Assembly: GCA_965112155.1 (NCBI GenBank)
Contig: OZ218103.1
Direction: 5' to 3' (one strand)
Source of the DNA: Podarcis liolepis
Lineage: Eukaryota
Length of the DNA stretch: 64,000 nt
In this document: in pieces, positions 36,316 through 48,584 of the stretch
Position numbering within the stretch: the first letter of the stretch is position 1
Layout: each line of letters begins with the position of its first letter
Notes under the pieces: generated by a model
Seen by the model: the letters and a program-made list of their open reading frames with translations, nothing else
Databases searched by the model: none
What the model was told of the DNA's origin: nothing
Position numbers and translations under genes: made by a program

Positions 36316-38383
36316 TACTGCTTTTATTGCTGCTATTACCAGCTTTTGTTGAAACATTTTTTAATTTGGATGAATTATTATAATAGTTGATTTTGAGTGG
36401 TTGTCATGAACTGAATTACTTTATTTGAAATGCTGATGTTGGTGTTTGTTACAGATTGCTGTTTGCTACTGCAGTTCTTCCTTCATTTTTTTCTTTCTTC
36501 TCCATACCTCAATAATCCTCTCTACTTCTGATCAACATGTGAGGAATGGTTATTGATCAATCAATTTCTGTACCGCCTTTCAACAGTCAAATCACACTTT
36601 TTACCTCTCCCCTTTTCTCATTTTGAGAAAATTCTTATTTAACATCACCTTGGCTTGAACGAAAGACAGCTAAAATGCTACTCTCATCCTTGAGCTGTGA
36701 CAGGAGCAGCATCACAAGGAGAAAACCATTTGCAGCCATCCTTACTGACACTGAAACATCACATGCAATGGCCTGGTTTGAATATTCCGCTCCTGGGACT
36801 ACAGCTAGCCTTAGTGTCATGACTGGATGATGCGTTTGGGGACAGGATGTTCCTGCTGGTTCAGAAGGTTCAGCGCCTGGTCCTTTGTCACTATTCCATG
36901 CACCAAGGCATGGAAGTGAAAGTAGCAAAATTCTCTTCCCTTCTAATGCACTGACTGCTAGTGCTGTCTTAACCTTTCCTCCGATTGCTTCCAGATTGAT
37001 CTGTTTATTGAGCATTACTCCTGATGTTTGCACAAAATTTGCATGGATTTTATATTATACCACTGTCAAGTGGTAGTTATCACACACTCTAAAATACATT
37101 TCTCCATTACTTTTTCCTTTTACTGTAAAAAGTCATTTTTTTACAAAAGCACATTTGTTGCACATGAGTGCTGTAGTGCTGTTTATCACAATGTACCACT
37201 TTTTTGGTACAGCTCTAAAGTGCTGACAGACTGAAAGTAACCACTGGAAGTAACTAGTTTGCATACGTGCTGCCTCTCTGCAGATATTTACTCCTCTTCA
37301 TCCGTGGTGGGGCACAACACTGGAGGGTGGCATTCTTCCCCACATAATTATTAATTGCCAGGAGTGACTGCTCAAATATGACTACAGTGGTTCTGAAAAG
37401 TCTGAAAATGGGACAGTGTTATATCTAGCTGTCCAAACCTGTCCTATAAATTTCACATCACAACAGAAGCCAGCACTCTAGCATATGGCAAGAAAGAGAT
37501 GTACAAATAAGTTTTCATATTTTTCTTGTAATCAGTGTATCTTGGACCATGGATGACATGGATTGAAAGTTTCTAGAATGGGATAATGACTCTGGGAGGC
37601 ATAGCATTCTACTCAGTTAGCTAATGAAAATCTGATATTCCATTTCTTCTTTTCTCTGTTGCATTACAGCACTTGATTTATCTGTTCAGGAACAGTTTAC
37701 CACTTATCTTTACAGTTTGTAATACTGCCGTAGGGAATACACATTTTATTTCTGCAAACAATCCCCAGAAATAGATTTTTTGTTGTTACTGTTACTGAAA
37801 GCAGTTTGTTTTTAGTAATACACATTGAATTTTAGAGCCTGATTCCTTATGGAACCATAAAATAAGCCAATCTCAGCATCTGACTTCCTCTCTTTGTCAA
37901 CTTTTTACCAGATGTGCTGGATTGTCTGCATGATCAGCTTCTGAAAACAAAGTACAGTGTTAAGAACATAAAAAATTGGATTGCTAGTGCATTGAGTCCA
38001 ACACCCTGTGGCAAGCCAGATGCTGTCATAAGCTTTCAAGAATGGTATGATGGAAAAAGCCACTATTTTATCCCTAGCATGTGTTATTCAAGGTACACTG
38101 TCTTTGAACATGGAGTCTCCATTTTGCGGCTGTTATGTTACAGGCCTGTAGAAGTGCATTGGGAATAGGATGGAAAATTATGTTGTCTTTGTAGAGAGGA
38201 GTGATAGATCTTGCTTGTTATCTACTGCTGTTAGTTATTAGTAACACGTAAAAGGGGGTGAGAACTCCCACAATGGTCTGGATTCGAATTCAGATTTCCC
38301 AGTTTAGCATTCCCAACAATTAATAATTTTGGTTTCTTGTGTAGTGAGAAAGTACATTAATTCTACATGAAGGTCTAATATTT

Positions 38384-38608
38384 CACAGAATTGTAGAGTT
38401 GGAAGGGACCTGAAGCGTCATCTAGTCCATCCACCTGCAATGCAGGAATCACAGCTAAAGAATCCCTGACAGATGACCAGCCAACCTCTGTTTACAAAAC
38501 CTTCACTGAAGGAGAATTCACCACCTTCCAAGGCAGTCTGTTCCACTGTTGAACAGTTCTTACCACCAGAAAGTTCTTCCTGATGTTTAGTAAGAATCTC
38601 ATTTCTTG
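38384..38608 (-). mobile_element. CR1 LINE 3' end
   Basis: agaattgtagagttggaagggacc...tctagtcc...ctgttccactgttgaacagttcttacc...aagttcttcctgatgtt. Confidence 0.82.
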
Positions 38609-40382
38609 CCGTTAAAGGTATACACTGTTCTGGAGATGTAGCTTCATATCAGCTTTCTGCTCTAGTATTTACAAGAGTAGAAGGGAACATCCGCCAAAAA
38701 GCTGGAATGGTGCATTGCCAGAGGTTACTTTGCTAACTCTACAGCCTTCCATAGCCCTTGCATCTAGTGTGAACTGGCCATAAATCAACAAGTGATTGGT
38801 GTACATGCTCTTACTTAGCATTACAACAGCTAGATGTGGATGCAAAAGACCGCTGTGTAGATTTGCTTTGTGTGTTTTCCATTCTGCAACAGAGAAAAAG
38901 CTTGGGGTCAAGGAAGAGGGTGCAGGGAATGTTTCACCCCGCAGTCTTCTGCATTTTTACCTGAAAGTAAAATCTCATTGCCATGGGTCTTACTTCCAAG
39001 CACTTATGCACAAGACCTCAGCCTTAAAGCAATAATGCCCCAGCAGGTGGTTTTGAATTTTATGGCTTCTAAAAATCCAATGGCTTTATATTTATTTTTA
39101 TATCTCCACCTCCTGCAAAACTTCTTTCTTTTGTCCTCATTGATCATTTCAGCTGCTGATCCATCTCTTCTTCATCCTTTTTCCAGTAGCCACTCTTGAT
39201 ACTGCCAGGATTACTGCTTCTGTGGCCTAAACTGACCAGAATTGGATACAGGTCACTGACTGCTTTGGATTGCAGGTTGCTAAAGTGTGTCACTGCTTTG
39301 TTGGCATCCTTCTGAACAAATTGATCCTAACTTGTCCAACATAACACGTATTGCCCTTTGCTCTCCTTGCCTCTCACATTTCCCTACAAAACACCTCTAC
39401 TTTGATCACCTTGCATATCCCCTTCCATTTTTTCCACTAATTTCCTTTTTGTCTCTGCCTTACACTTCAAGCTTAATGCGCTCACTTTTTAAGGCCTTGT
39501 AGAATTGATTGCTGCCTACAAAGTGGTGCTTGTTCCTCGTTGCATGATATGCTTCTCTCCCATTCTTTTCAACGTAACATCTCGTTTGTTTCCACCTCCT
39601 TCCTTTCCCATGGCATTTTCCCTCTCTGTGTTGTCTGTCCTTGAGTCTTCTTCTATCCCAACCTTTCTGTCTGCCTTGTGGGAGGCTAGATGGAAAACTT
39701 TGAACAATCTAGTTCTAATATAGATGTCTTAATGGACCGACAAAGGATATATTCTGGTTGTGCATAGACTTGGTAATTTAGCACTCGGTTGCATTGCATA
39801 TGAGACTCTGAGCAGCCAGATACTGTAGAGAAGTGAAGGATGGTGCGGAGGCATGTAAATGAATAATAATTCTACTGTTCCACGTACTTTAAACTCTGGC
39901 TGTTTAACTATTAATATTCTAGGTTTATATGATAAGATAAATTGGTACCACTTAGAATACGTAATGGGCGTACTTGAGGTGTTTACTGCTGGGACCTAGG
40001 ATTTAGAATGCATTTTAGGTTCACTTCCAAGGTTTAAAGGGCCTCAGACGCACACTTCTCTTGAAATTAAGATTATTTGTGGGTTTTGATTTTTGCTCCC
40101 CGTACTTGGTATCCCTTTCCAGTTGTAATAATGTTATCAGTGCATGTATTTAGAAAGATTATTTTGCAGCATTTGGCTGTAAGGACCTTTGTGATTTACT
40201 GGAAGGTTCTGCTAATTCATTTACATACAAAATGAGATTATTTGTTACCACATTTAAACTTTTTTAACAGTCATTAGTATTACTTTGTGCTGCACTTATA
40301 AATGAACAGAAGGCAACCCTGTTTAAACCGCAAGCCTGTCTTTGTGTTGAGGAAGACACTGGCTTTCAGTAAATCCATAGTA

Positions 40383-40706
40383 CAGTGGTACCTCGCAAGA
40401 CGAAAAGAATCCGTTCTGTGATTCTCTTCGTCTAGCGGTTTTTTCATCTTGCGAAGCAAGCCCATTGACGGATTAGCGGATTAGCGCTATTAGCGGCTTA
40501 TCTGCTGATCGGATCAGCTGATAAGCGGCTTAGCGGCTTAGAAAAAGGGGGGGGGGAGGAAAAAAAACCCAGCAGGAACTCACAAGACATTTTCGTCCTG
40601 CAAAGCAAGCCCATAGGAGATTCGTTTTGCGAAGCACCTCCAAAACGGAAAACTCTTTCGTCTAGCGAATTTTCCATCTTGCGAGGCATTCGTCTAAGCA
40701 CCACTG
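40383..40706. mobile_element. Tigger/pogo-like MITE related to 15781-16196
   Basis: TA-cagtggtacctcgcaagacgaa ... ttcgtctaagcaccactg-TA; shared tcttgcgaagcaagcccat blocks. Confidence 0.85.
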
Positions 40707-42334
40707 TACTAAGGAGAGATCAGAGGATCCAGATCTGTTCCTTTATGCAGAGTAATAATGCTCCTTCCCTTGTCTTCTATCCCATCTGACTGTCTTGAAT
40801 CAGACGGCATTGAATATCCATGTGTGGGCATAACAGTTTTAGATGTGCCCAAGCCTGGATAATTTAGTCAGTATTCCAGATGAAATTTGAGATGATCCTA
40901 GATAAAACCCAGGAATCGGATGCCTGATATGGGCCCCAGTACTTGGGATTTATGCATTAAGGACATGATGCCTGCTTGTGAATTGACCTCCGGTAGTGTT
41001 GAAGTGCAGGATGTACATGTGAGGAGGGGAGACATGGTCGTGTTTCCCATCATATGTAGGGGAGTGGTGCTGGGGCAAAGCTAAGATTTAATCCAGCCCA
41101 TAGGCATCTATATGTGGGGATGAGGAAGACAGACAGAAGTGGTTTGGAAAGCTTTTACTATAGCCGCGGTGAAACATGCAGGCTGCTTTTCTTTTTAAAA
41201 CCTGTTCAGCCAGGTGATTGGATGCAATAAAAATGTGCAAAAATACCTTCGGCTGCTTTATTGTCCTCCCCCCCAAATAATGACCTTTTTATTTGATTTC
41301 TGCCAAATTGAAAAGGAAAGTATTACAAAATGGTTTACAGATTGTATTCATTGCAGGTAAGATTGAAATGAGTATACCGTAGAGGGTTGGAAATGTAGTG
41401 CCCGAGGAGCTGAATTTCCTTTAATGTTGGTGTGTTTAGAAAAACGATTTAATTCTTGTGGGGAATCTGTTTTGAACGTTATTCAAGATACTACTTGTGG
41501 TTGGCTCCAGATGAAATTTCACTTGACTATGTAAGCAGTATTTTGGATGTGGAACTATTTGTATTAACTTTCAGCTGCTGTGATCCGCTTTGTCAGTTAG
41601 CGTTTCTGGGGGGTGGGGGGTGGGACGGGATAAAATTATAATAAATGAGGGATGAATTTGTTAATCCCTATTTGTTAACTCTTAATTAAGCAGGGATTGA
41701 AGAATAAAATGTGAAGTTTTCTGGGTCCTAGGCGGTGCCATGAACACATGAATTGTAAGAGTCTAAAATGTCACTGACAAAATGAACTGACAAATTTAAG
41801 TGCAACTTTGTGAAAGAAAGGAAAGGCTTTGTAATTATTCAGTTTTGAGAGATATTGGAGTGGAGTGATTTAGGATGGGCATTCATAGGAAACCCAAGTT
41901 AAAATGCCCCTCCCTCCATCATTTATGTATTTATTTATTTGATTGATTGATATACTGCCCTTCATCATAAGCCCTTAGGGCAGTTCACAGAACCATAAAG
42001 CTCCATCAGTGGTCACTTTCTCCTTACAAGATTAACATGAGCAGAAAATCACAGATTTCTTTATAAACTGCCCTGAGTTCCAGATGCAACTGTGATGAAT
42101 TTGTTGGCATCTGTCTGTCCTGAGAAACAATGGAGCGCAAAGGTGTAAGAGACAATGGAGGTGAAGTCAAACTGCTGACTGCAGAGACCTGTTCTGTCCA
42201 CTGTTGTACAGTGACCGCATTTGCATGTCACATTAAACCATAGTTTAGTGGAACATGAGCAAGCAAAAAGCAAGCCACAGCAAGCCTTAGGTTTGCGCAC
42301 TCCCCTGGGAAGATGAGCTCAGAATTTGGATAGA

Positions 42335-42437
42335 GAGAAGCTTTTCTCCCTATTTTATAACCCAGGGCCATCTAGTGAGGATGGCTGTTGGAACTTTCAA
42401 GGCACACAAAGGAAGGTACTTCTTTACACCACACATA
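42335..42437 (+). mobile_element. CR1 ORF2 C-terminal fragment; target of the large MITE
   Basis: Translates TQGHLVRMAVGTFKAHKGRYFFTPHI|V (compare CR1 TRGH..KL....F....RKYFFTQRIV); interrupted at a TA. Confidence 0.65.
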
Positions 42438-43610
42438 CCGTATTTTTCGCCCCATAAGACGCACTTTTTCCCCTCCAAAAATGAAGGGGAAATCGGGGTG
42501 CGTCTTATGGGGCGAATGCCTGCAAGCCTCGCGCGCCCGGCAGGAGGTCCCACCGGGTGCGCGAGGCTTGGGGCGGCAGCCTGTCGCCCGAAGCACGGGG
42601 AGCCCTCTGGAGGGCTCCCCCTGCTTCGGGCGAGTGTCTGCAAGCCTCGCGCACCCGGCAGGAGGTCCCGCTGGGTGCGCGAGGCTTGGGGTGGCAGCGG
42701 ACTGCTTGCGCGCACCTAGAAGCTTGGGGCCAGCTGAGCTCAGCCCGCCCCAAGCTTCTCGGTGCGCGCAAGCAGTCCGCTGCCGCCCCAAGCCTCGCGC
42801 ACCCGGCGGGACCTCCTGCCGGGTGCGGGAGGCTTGGGGCGGCAGCGGACTGCTTGCGCGCACCTAGAAGCTTGGGGCGGGCTGAGCTCAGCTGGCCCCA
42901 AGCTTCTCGGTGCGCGCAAGCAGTCCGCTGCCGCCCCAAGCCTCCCGCACCCGGCAGGAGGTCCCGCTGGGTGCGCGAGGCTTGGGGCGGCAGCGGACTG
43001 CTTGCGCGCACCTAGAAGCTTGGGGCGGGCTGAGCTCAGCTGGCCCCAAGCTTCTCGGTGCGCGCAAGCAGTCCGCTGCCGCCCCAAGCCTCCCGCACCC
43101 GGCAGGAGGTCCCGCTGGGTGCGCGAGGCTTGGGGCGGCAGCGGACTGCTTGCGCGCACCTAGAAGCTTGGGGCGGGCTGAGCTCAGCACGCCCCAAGCT
43201 TCTAGGTGCGCGCAAGCAGTCCGCTGCCGCCCCAAGCCTTGCGCACCCAGCGGGACCTCCTGCCGGGTGCGGGAGGCTTGGGGCGGCAGCGGACTGCTTG
43301 CCGGCATGCAGAAGCTTGGGGCGTGCTGAGCTCAGCACGCCCCAAGCTTCTAGGTGCGCGCAAGCAGCCCGCTGCCGCCCCAAGCCTTGCGCACCCGGCG
43401 GGACCTCCTGCCGGGTGCGGGAGGCTTGGGGCGGCAGCGGACTGCTTGCCGGCACGCAGAAGCTTGGGGCGCGCTGACCTCAGCTTGCCCCAAGCTTCTG
43501 GATTAGCGCAGCGCACCTGGGGGGGAAATAAATTTTTTTCCCTTTATTTCCCCCCCTAAAATCTAGGTGCGTCTTATGGGCCGGTGCGTCTTATGGGGCG
43601 AAAAATACGG
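42438..43610. mobile_element. Tc2/pogo-type (TcMar) non-autonomous element with expanded palindromic interior
   Basis: Perfect 27-bp TIR CCGTATTTTTCGCCCCATAAGACGCAC; TA TSD at 42436-42437 and 43611-43612; extra TIR-motif copies at 42498-42516 and 43567-43580; CCGTATTT termini as in Tc2-like families (Kanga/MER104). Confidence 0.93.
42641..43499. repeat. GC/CpG-rich palindromic minisatellite, 148-bp period, about 5.8 units
   Basis: GCTGAGCTCAGC dyad centres at 42733, 42881, 43029, 43177, 43325 and 43473 (variant); 12-nt loops at 42659, 42807, 42955, 43103, 43251 and 43399. Confidence 0.95.
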
Positions 43611-43644
43611 TAGTTCATAGAATCTTAAAAGCTGGAAGGGACCC

Positions 43645-43820
43645 AAGTAAGAGCTGTTTAACAGTGGAACGGTTTCCCTTGGGAGGTTGTAGACTCTCCT
43701 TCCTTGGAGGTTTTTAAGCAGAGGTTGGATGGCCATCTGTCATAGATGCTTTCGCTGGGATTCCTGCATTTCAGGGGGTTGGACTAGATGACCCTTTGGG
43801 CCCATTCCAACTCTTCAATT
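43645..43820 (+). mobile_element. CR1 LINE 3' end, preceded by a short inverted CR1 tail piece (43616-43648)
   Basis: aagagctgtttaacagtggaac...ggaggtttttaagcagaggttggatggccatctgtc...gttggactagatgaccc...ttccaactct. Confidence 0.82.
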
Positions 43821-43954
43821 ATTTTATGAAAACAAATACAATAATTTCCACATTTGAATGCAGCCAAAGTCCAACCGCTTATGCTTTCTGGAAGTACTGT
43901 AATATATCCTAATACGAGTTATATTTTAGCAGTCAGAGTTTAGCAGGTTTGTGA

Positions 43955-43955
<1 letters not shown>

Positions 43956-43988
<33 letters not shown>
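43956..43988. repeat. (CA)n microsatellite
   Basis: Dinucleotide run. Confidence 0.95.
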
Positions 43989-44841
43989 AGTTAATGCCCC
44001 TATTCACATGTGAATATTGACAATCCCATTTGAATTTTTATGAGTGTCTGAAAATTCAATAGCGCTGATGAATGTTGCCTTCACCCAAATGTAATCATGA
44101 GCATTAACTCAAATATGTCTAAAAACTGGGGGGAAATATATATCTTTGTTTGGGTCTCATATAATTCAGCTAGGGTTGATCACATTCATATGTGCAAGTT
44201 GACATTCACCAAATTTTGGACATGAATTGCAACATATATGTAGAGTGGGTGGAATCTTTTTGTTTGTTTGTTTGTTGAATATTTTATTAGTTGAATATAA
44301 GAACAACATATAATCAAATACAAGCAATCAAATACAGTTTTCCCCTACCTCCCCAAAAAACACCCCCAACTACATCCAGGTAATTACATTGGTAATATAA
44401 TCAAATAAAAAATTATTTCTACAGTTGCTGGTTTAAAAAATGTCATTCTTTTTTTTAAAAAAGAACTATATATGACTTGCCTTAAAGAGTGGGATTTTGG
44501 GAAGGGGTAGGACAAAAATTGGAAATAAAGAAATAAATGAAAGCTTTGAAAATCACTTATCAGACGTAATAAGTTTCCCAGCTGCCCAGGAATTAGTCTG
44601 GTGAATTTACACATGCTGCACATGTCTCTCACTGCTGATTTTACATGTCTTGCAACTGACATTCCACTTACTACTAAAAAGTGTGCTTGTGGAGTTTTGT
44701 TCCTGAAATCCTTTGGTCTGACTCCTGTGAGTCTTGAGTGTCATTCCAGCTCCAGTAACTAATGCGGGTAGCACAGGTAGATGGATCTGACAGGACTGAG
44801 AACTAACAGCGTGTCAGACGCTTTTCTCCAATGAAGGCTAT

Positions 44842-44973
44842 NNNNNNNNNNNNNNNNNNNNNNNNNNNNNNNNNNNNNNNNNNNNNNNNNNNNNNNNNNN
44901 NNNNNNNNNNNNNNNNNNNNNNNNNNNNNNNNNNNNNNNNNNNNNNNNNNNNNNNNNNNNNNNNNNNNNNNNN
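44842..44973. other. Assembly gap (132 N)
   Basis: Run of N. Confidence 1.
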
Positions 44974-45181
44974 GAAGCAGGGAGGGCAGAAGAATTGAAA
45001 ATTAAAGAGGGAGTGAAAATTTGGTGTAAGGCTTTAGTGAGAGGTTGGAATAAAACATCAAATGTCACTCGTTTAATTGCCTTATTGTTGATGTAGGGGG
45101 GTCTTGAAATTTTAATTTTTATGACTTTAAACAGTCTAGTTAAAATGATTAAATAACACACACTATTTGTGGGTAGGTCAA

Positions 45182-45183
<2 letters not shown>

Positions 45184-45219
<36 letters not shown>
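45184..45219. repeat. (CA)n microsatellite
   Basis: Dinucleotide run. Confidence 0.95.
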
Positions 45220-45221
<2 letters not shown>

Positions 45222-46683
45222 ATCCCATGTGTTTTACATATTTGGCTAGCTTTTGTGTATTCTGTTTCATTGAGTGTTGAAATAGTGAAAAAAGGGTTTA
45301 GAACCCCCCCCCCTTAAAAATGTTAAGAGCTATTGCAAAAACGTAAATGCATAAGTTCATGAAAGTACAATTTCTCTCTTTCTCTGGCTCTCTGTATGCA
45401 TATGAGCACTGCGACATAGCATGCTCTGTGTATGCAGTATATAGTGTGTTAAATGTATTTAAAAGGTATTCCCATATTTTATTCATATTAGTAAAAGCAT
45501 ATATTTTACTTTGATTTCAGAGAAGCTACATAAATTCAAACCCATTAAACTTTAGCCTGGATATTTATTTATTGTTTACAGTCTTTGTGTGTGTACACAA
45601 ATCACAGCCCAAGGGAGTGATTTTATTTATTTCTACAGTAGTTGATGCAATCACAAAGTTTTTAAGATAAAGCCTTCAAACCACCTATTGGTTTAAATGT
45701 GGCTAGTCCATAGCAGGTTGTTTGAGCTTTTCAGTTTAACTTGGTTTAGGATCTCATCCTTGGATTGCAATTCTTGCAGATACTAATTTGGAAGTAAGCT
45801 TCTCTTCAAGAACTCTGGTAGGATTTTCAGCATTAGGTTATCATCCTGGGACTCAGGGTAGTATATGTGAAAAACAACTGCATAACAGTATCCCCAGCAA
45901 ATTAAATCAGCGCAAGTATTTAGCCTACTGAGAGGTCTTTATTGTGTTTTGTTATAATACTTCACAATGAAACAATCTTAAGAGATTTTACAGAACTGGC
46001 TGCAGTCGTGAACGGACTTTCTCTGGTGCAATCCCGTATCTTTTAGAACAATTTATTCTAGAGTAAATGATTGCCACGGCATGTGTTTGCACATGTAACA
46101 GAAAGGCAGAACAAAGCAGCAATAATAGATCTGGCTTTGCCAACACCAGTAGCTGCAAAGTAGCTTTTAAGAAGTGATGTGCTCAAAGGTTATCTTTGTT
46201 ATATGAGATGTACTTACTTAGTTTTTAAAGTGCGACTGGTGTTTAGTTAAATCTTTTACAGACTCAGTTCACTGAAGGTGACAGAAGTACTCACTTGAGC
46301 TCAATGAGAAGTAGACATGACAGTAAATTTTTCAGTCCCAGACAGGGGATCTTGTTATAGGAGTCAGTATGGGGGTCAGGGCAGAGCCTGTTGATGATTG
46401 AGGAAAAGAGAAGTAAATTCATTCTGCTCCAGGCACTTTGTCAAGTGCCAGTAGCTTACCATTGAGAACTAGTCACCCGTTCGAGTCTTACAGCCCTAGA
46501 GGTCACTCATTTGATATAAATCATAGCACTGCATAGGCTCAGCAACCCATTGCCATTCAGGATGAAAATAAAAAAGAGGAATGCAGCCTTCTGAATGGAA
46601 ATGACTGCGAACGTCCCCACCACATGTTGCTGTTTAATGCAATATGCGGCTCGATATTGATCTCCAGAATCAAGTCATTAAAA

Positions 46684-46887
46684 NNNNNNNNNNNNNNNNN
46701 NNNNNNNNNNNNNNNNNNNNNNNNNNNNNNNNNNNNNNNNNNNNNNNNNNNNNNNNNNNNNNNNNNNNNNNNNNNNNNNNNNNNNNNNNNNNNNNNNNNN
46801 NNNNNNNNNNNNNNNNNNNNNNNNNNNNNNNNNNNNNNNNNNNNNNNNNNNNNNNNNNNNNNNNNNNNNNNNNNNNNNNNNNNNNNN
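46684..46887. other. Assembly gap (204 N)
   Basis: Run of N. Confidence 1.
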
Positions 46888-48086
46888 CACACACCACACT
46901 TCATATTCTGCAGCCTTGCATAATGAATAGGGCACAAGAGGGGGAAAACAATATCTTAATCAGCAGAATTAGCATCTTTGCTTAAGCCCCCCCCCACAAC
47001 CAACTAGGTGGCATTCAGTTTTACAGTACCGACATCCATCAGCTGTTGGAGAACTTCAGTGTCACTGAGTACACTTCCTTTTTTATAATAGTAATTTGTT
47101 TCAAAGGACAAGTCTAGTCACTTTTATTTTTAAAGCACAAAAGATTACACTATACTAGAAAGGCAAGAGGCAGCATGAAAATAAACAGTTAGGATGAAGC
47201 TATGCATCCAGTTATCTTTTTAATGCAAAAAATGCCATGAATTTTGCCAGAAGAAATGTATTCTATTGATTTCTTGTATTCTTCTTGTTGCTGGACTAAA
47301 TGTTTTGGTAACTATGTCATGAAAGACATTGATTTGGTTAGCTTTTGAAGTGAAGCCAACAAAGGGAGGTTCTTTTTTAAAAAAATTTGCATCAACAATT
47401 TTATTTTGTACATTTATCAAAATTGACTTTTTGGGGAAGGCATTATGACTGCAGTCTGATGCACACATATATACAGCCTAATTTTATGTGTAAGTTCAGG
47501 AGGGCTTACTCAAAGAAACCCACACTGAATTCTGGCATAAGGTGAGGCTATATCACAATGTATTTATTTACTCTCAACGTTGGTTTTTAAAATAGTGCCT
47601 GAAGTTAAAAATCCAACACAATCATGGTTGGAACCGAGGCTCCGGTGACAATGGAAGTTTGTTTTGATAGACAGCTTTGCACTGACAACCACACACACAA
47701 AGTGACCAAAGACAAGGAAGGAAAGGAAGAAACACAGAGTATATAGCACAGAGCTGAGGTTTGGAGTGATGCAGAGGAATGTGTAGAACAGCTGCTCACA
47801 AAATACCTGCCTTGTAAGTAAATGGAAAGCTTCAGCTTCTATTAATTTGACTGGTGTGCTCTAGTCAACAGTAACGAAAATCCTATGTGATGTGCTTGCA
47901 ATGTAGCCCCCATTACATTTGAATAGACAATTTGGGACTGCACTGCTTTTTCTTCTTTTTGAAGTGTGCTGTTTTACACTGTGAGCAATTGAGATATGAC
48001 ATAAAGAAGCGTGAGGTTTTGCAGACGAGTGCTAGCTTAGAATGACTATTATTATTTCTACTAATACTGTATTATAATTGTTATTA

Positions 48087-48255
48087 CCGTATTTTTCGCT
48101 CTATAACACGCACCCGACCATAACACGCACGTAGTTTTTAGAGGAGGAAAATCCGTAGGCATGCCACCCATAGGCATTTCCTCCATAACACGCACAGACA
48201 TTTCCCCTTACTTTTTAAGAGGAAAAAAGTGAGTGTTATGGTGCAAAAAATACGG
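48087..48255. mobile_element. Short Tc2/pogo-type MITE (169 bp)
   Basis: TA-CCGTATTTTTCGCTCTATAACACGCAC ... GTGAGTGTTATGGTGCAAAAAATACGG-TA; internal cataacacgcac repeats. Confidence 0.88.
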
Positions 48256-48584
48256 TATTTTATTTCTGTATGACCCTCCTGGTTGGGAACCCAGACTGGA
48301 GTACATCATAAATAAGATATAGTCAATTAAAGCAACATTACATTGAAACCAATCTAAAAACTCCTAACATCAAGCAGAACCCAACTAAAACCTGTAATAA
48401 CATTTTTCAGCTGCTTGGTACCTGTAAAGGATGCAAGCAGTTTCTGCCTTAAAGTACCAGGTAGAGGCAAGCCCTACACTCACCACCCCCTCCCCTCAAA
48501 AAAAGGCTGGTGACCCCTACTTTACTTACATGGTCCACATAAATGGAAAAACACACACACCAGTGCCTTTTAAATAGATAATTT

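Noticed and set aside
42641-43499. CRISPR-like array (regular period, palindromic repeats)
   Set aside because: No unique spacers (the loops are one sequence in two orientations), no cas genes, vertebrate context, and bounded by transposon TIRs
42350-43559. About 14 overlapping 104-168 aa ORFs on both strands
   Set aside because: Mirror-image products of the GC-rich palindromic array (near-identical peptides on + and - strands); no transposase or other recognisable domain
42438-43610. CpG-island promoter or endogenous viral terminal repeat
   Set aside because: CpG richness is confined exactly between TIRs with a TA TSD, and no viral ORFs are nearby
47624-47819. 40-codon ORF MVGTEAPVTMEVCF... 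and a downstream GTAAGT donor
   Set aside because: The ORF stops at 47746 before the donor, there is no convincing acceptor, and the peptide is unrecognised
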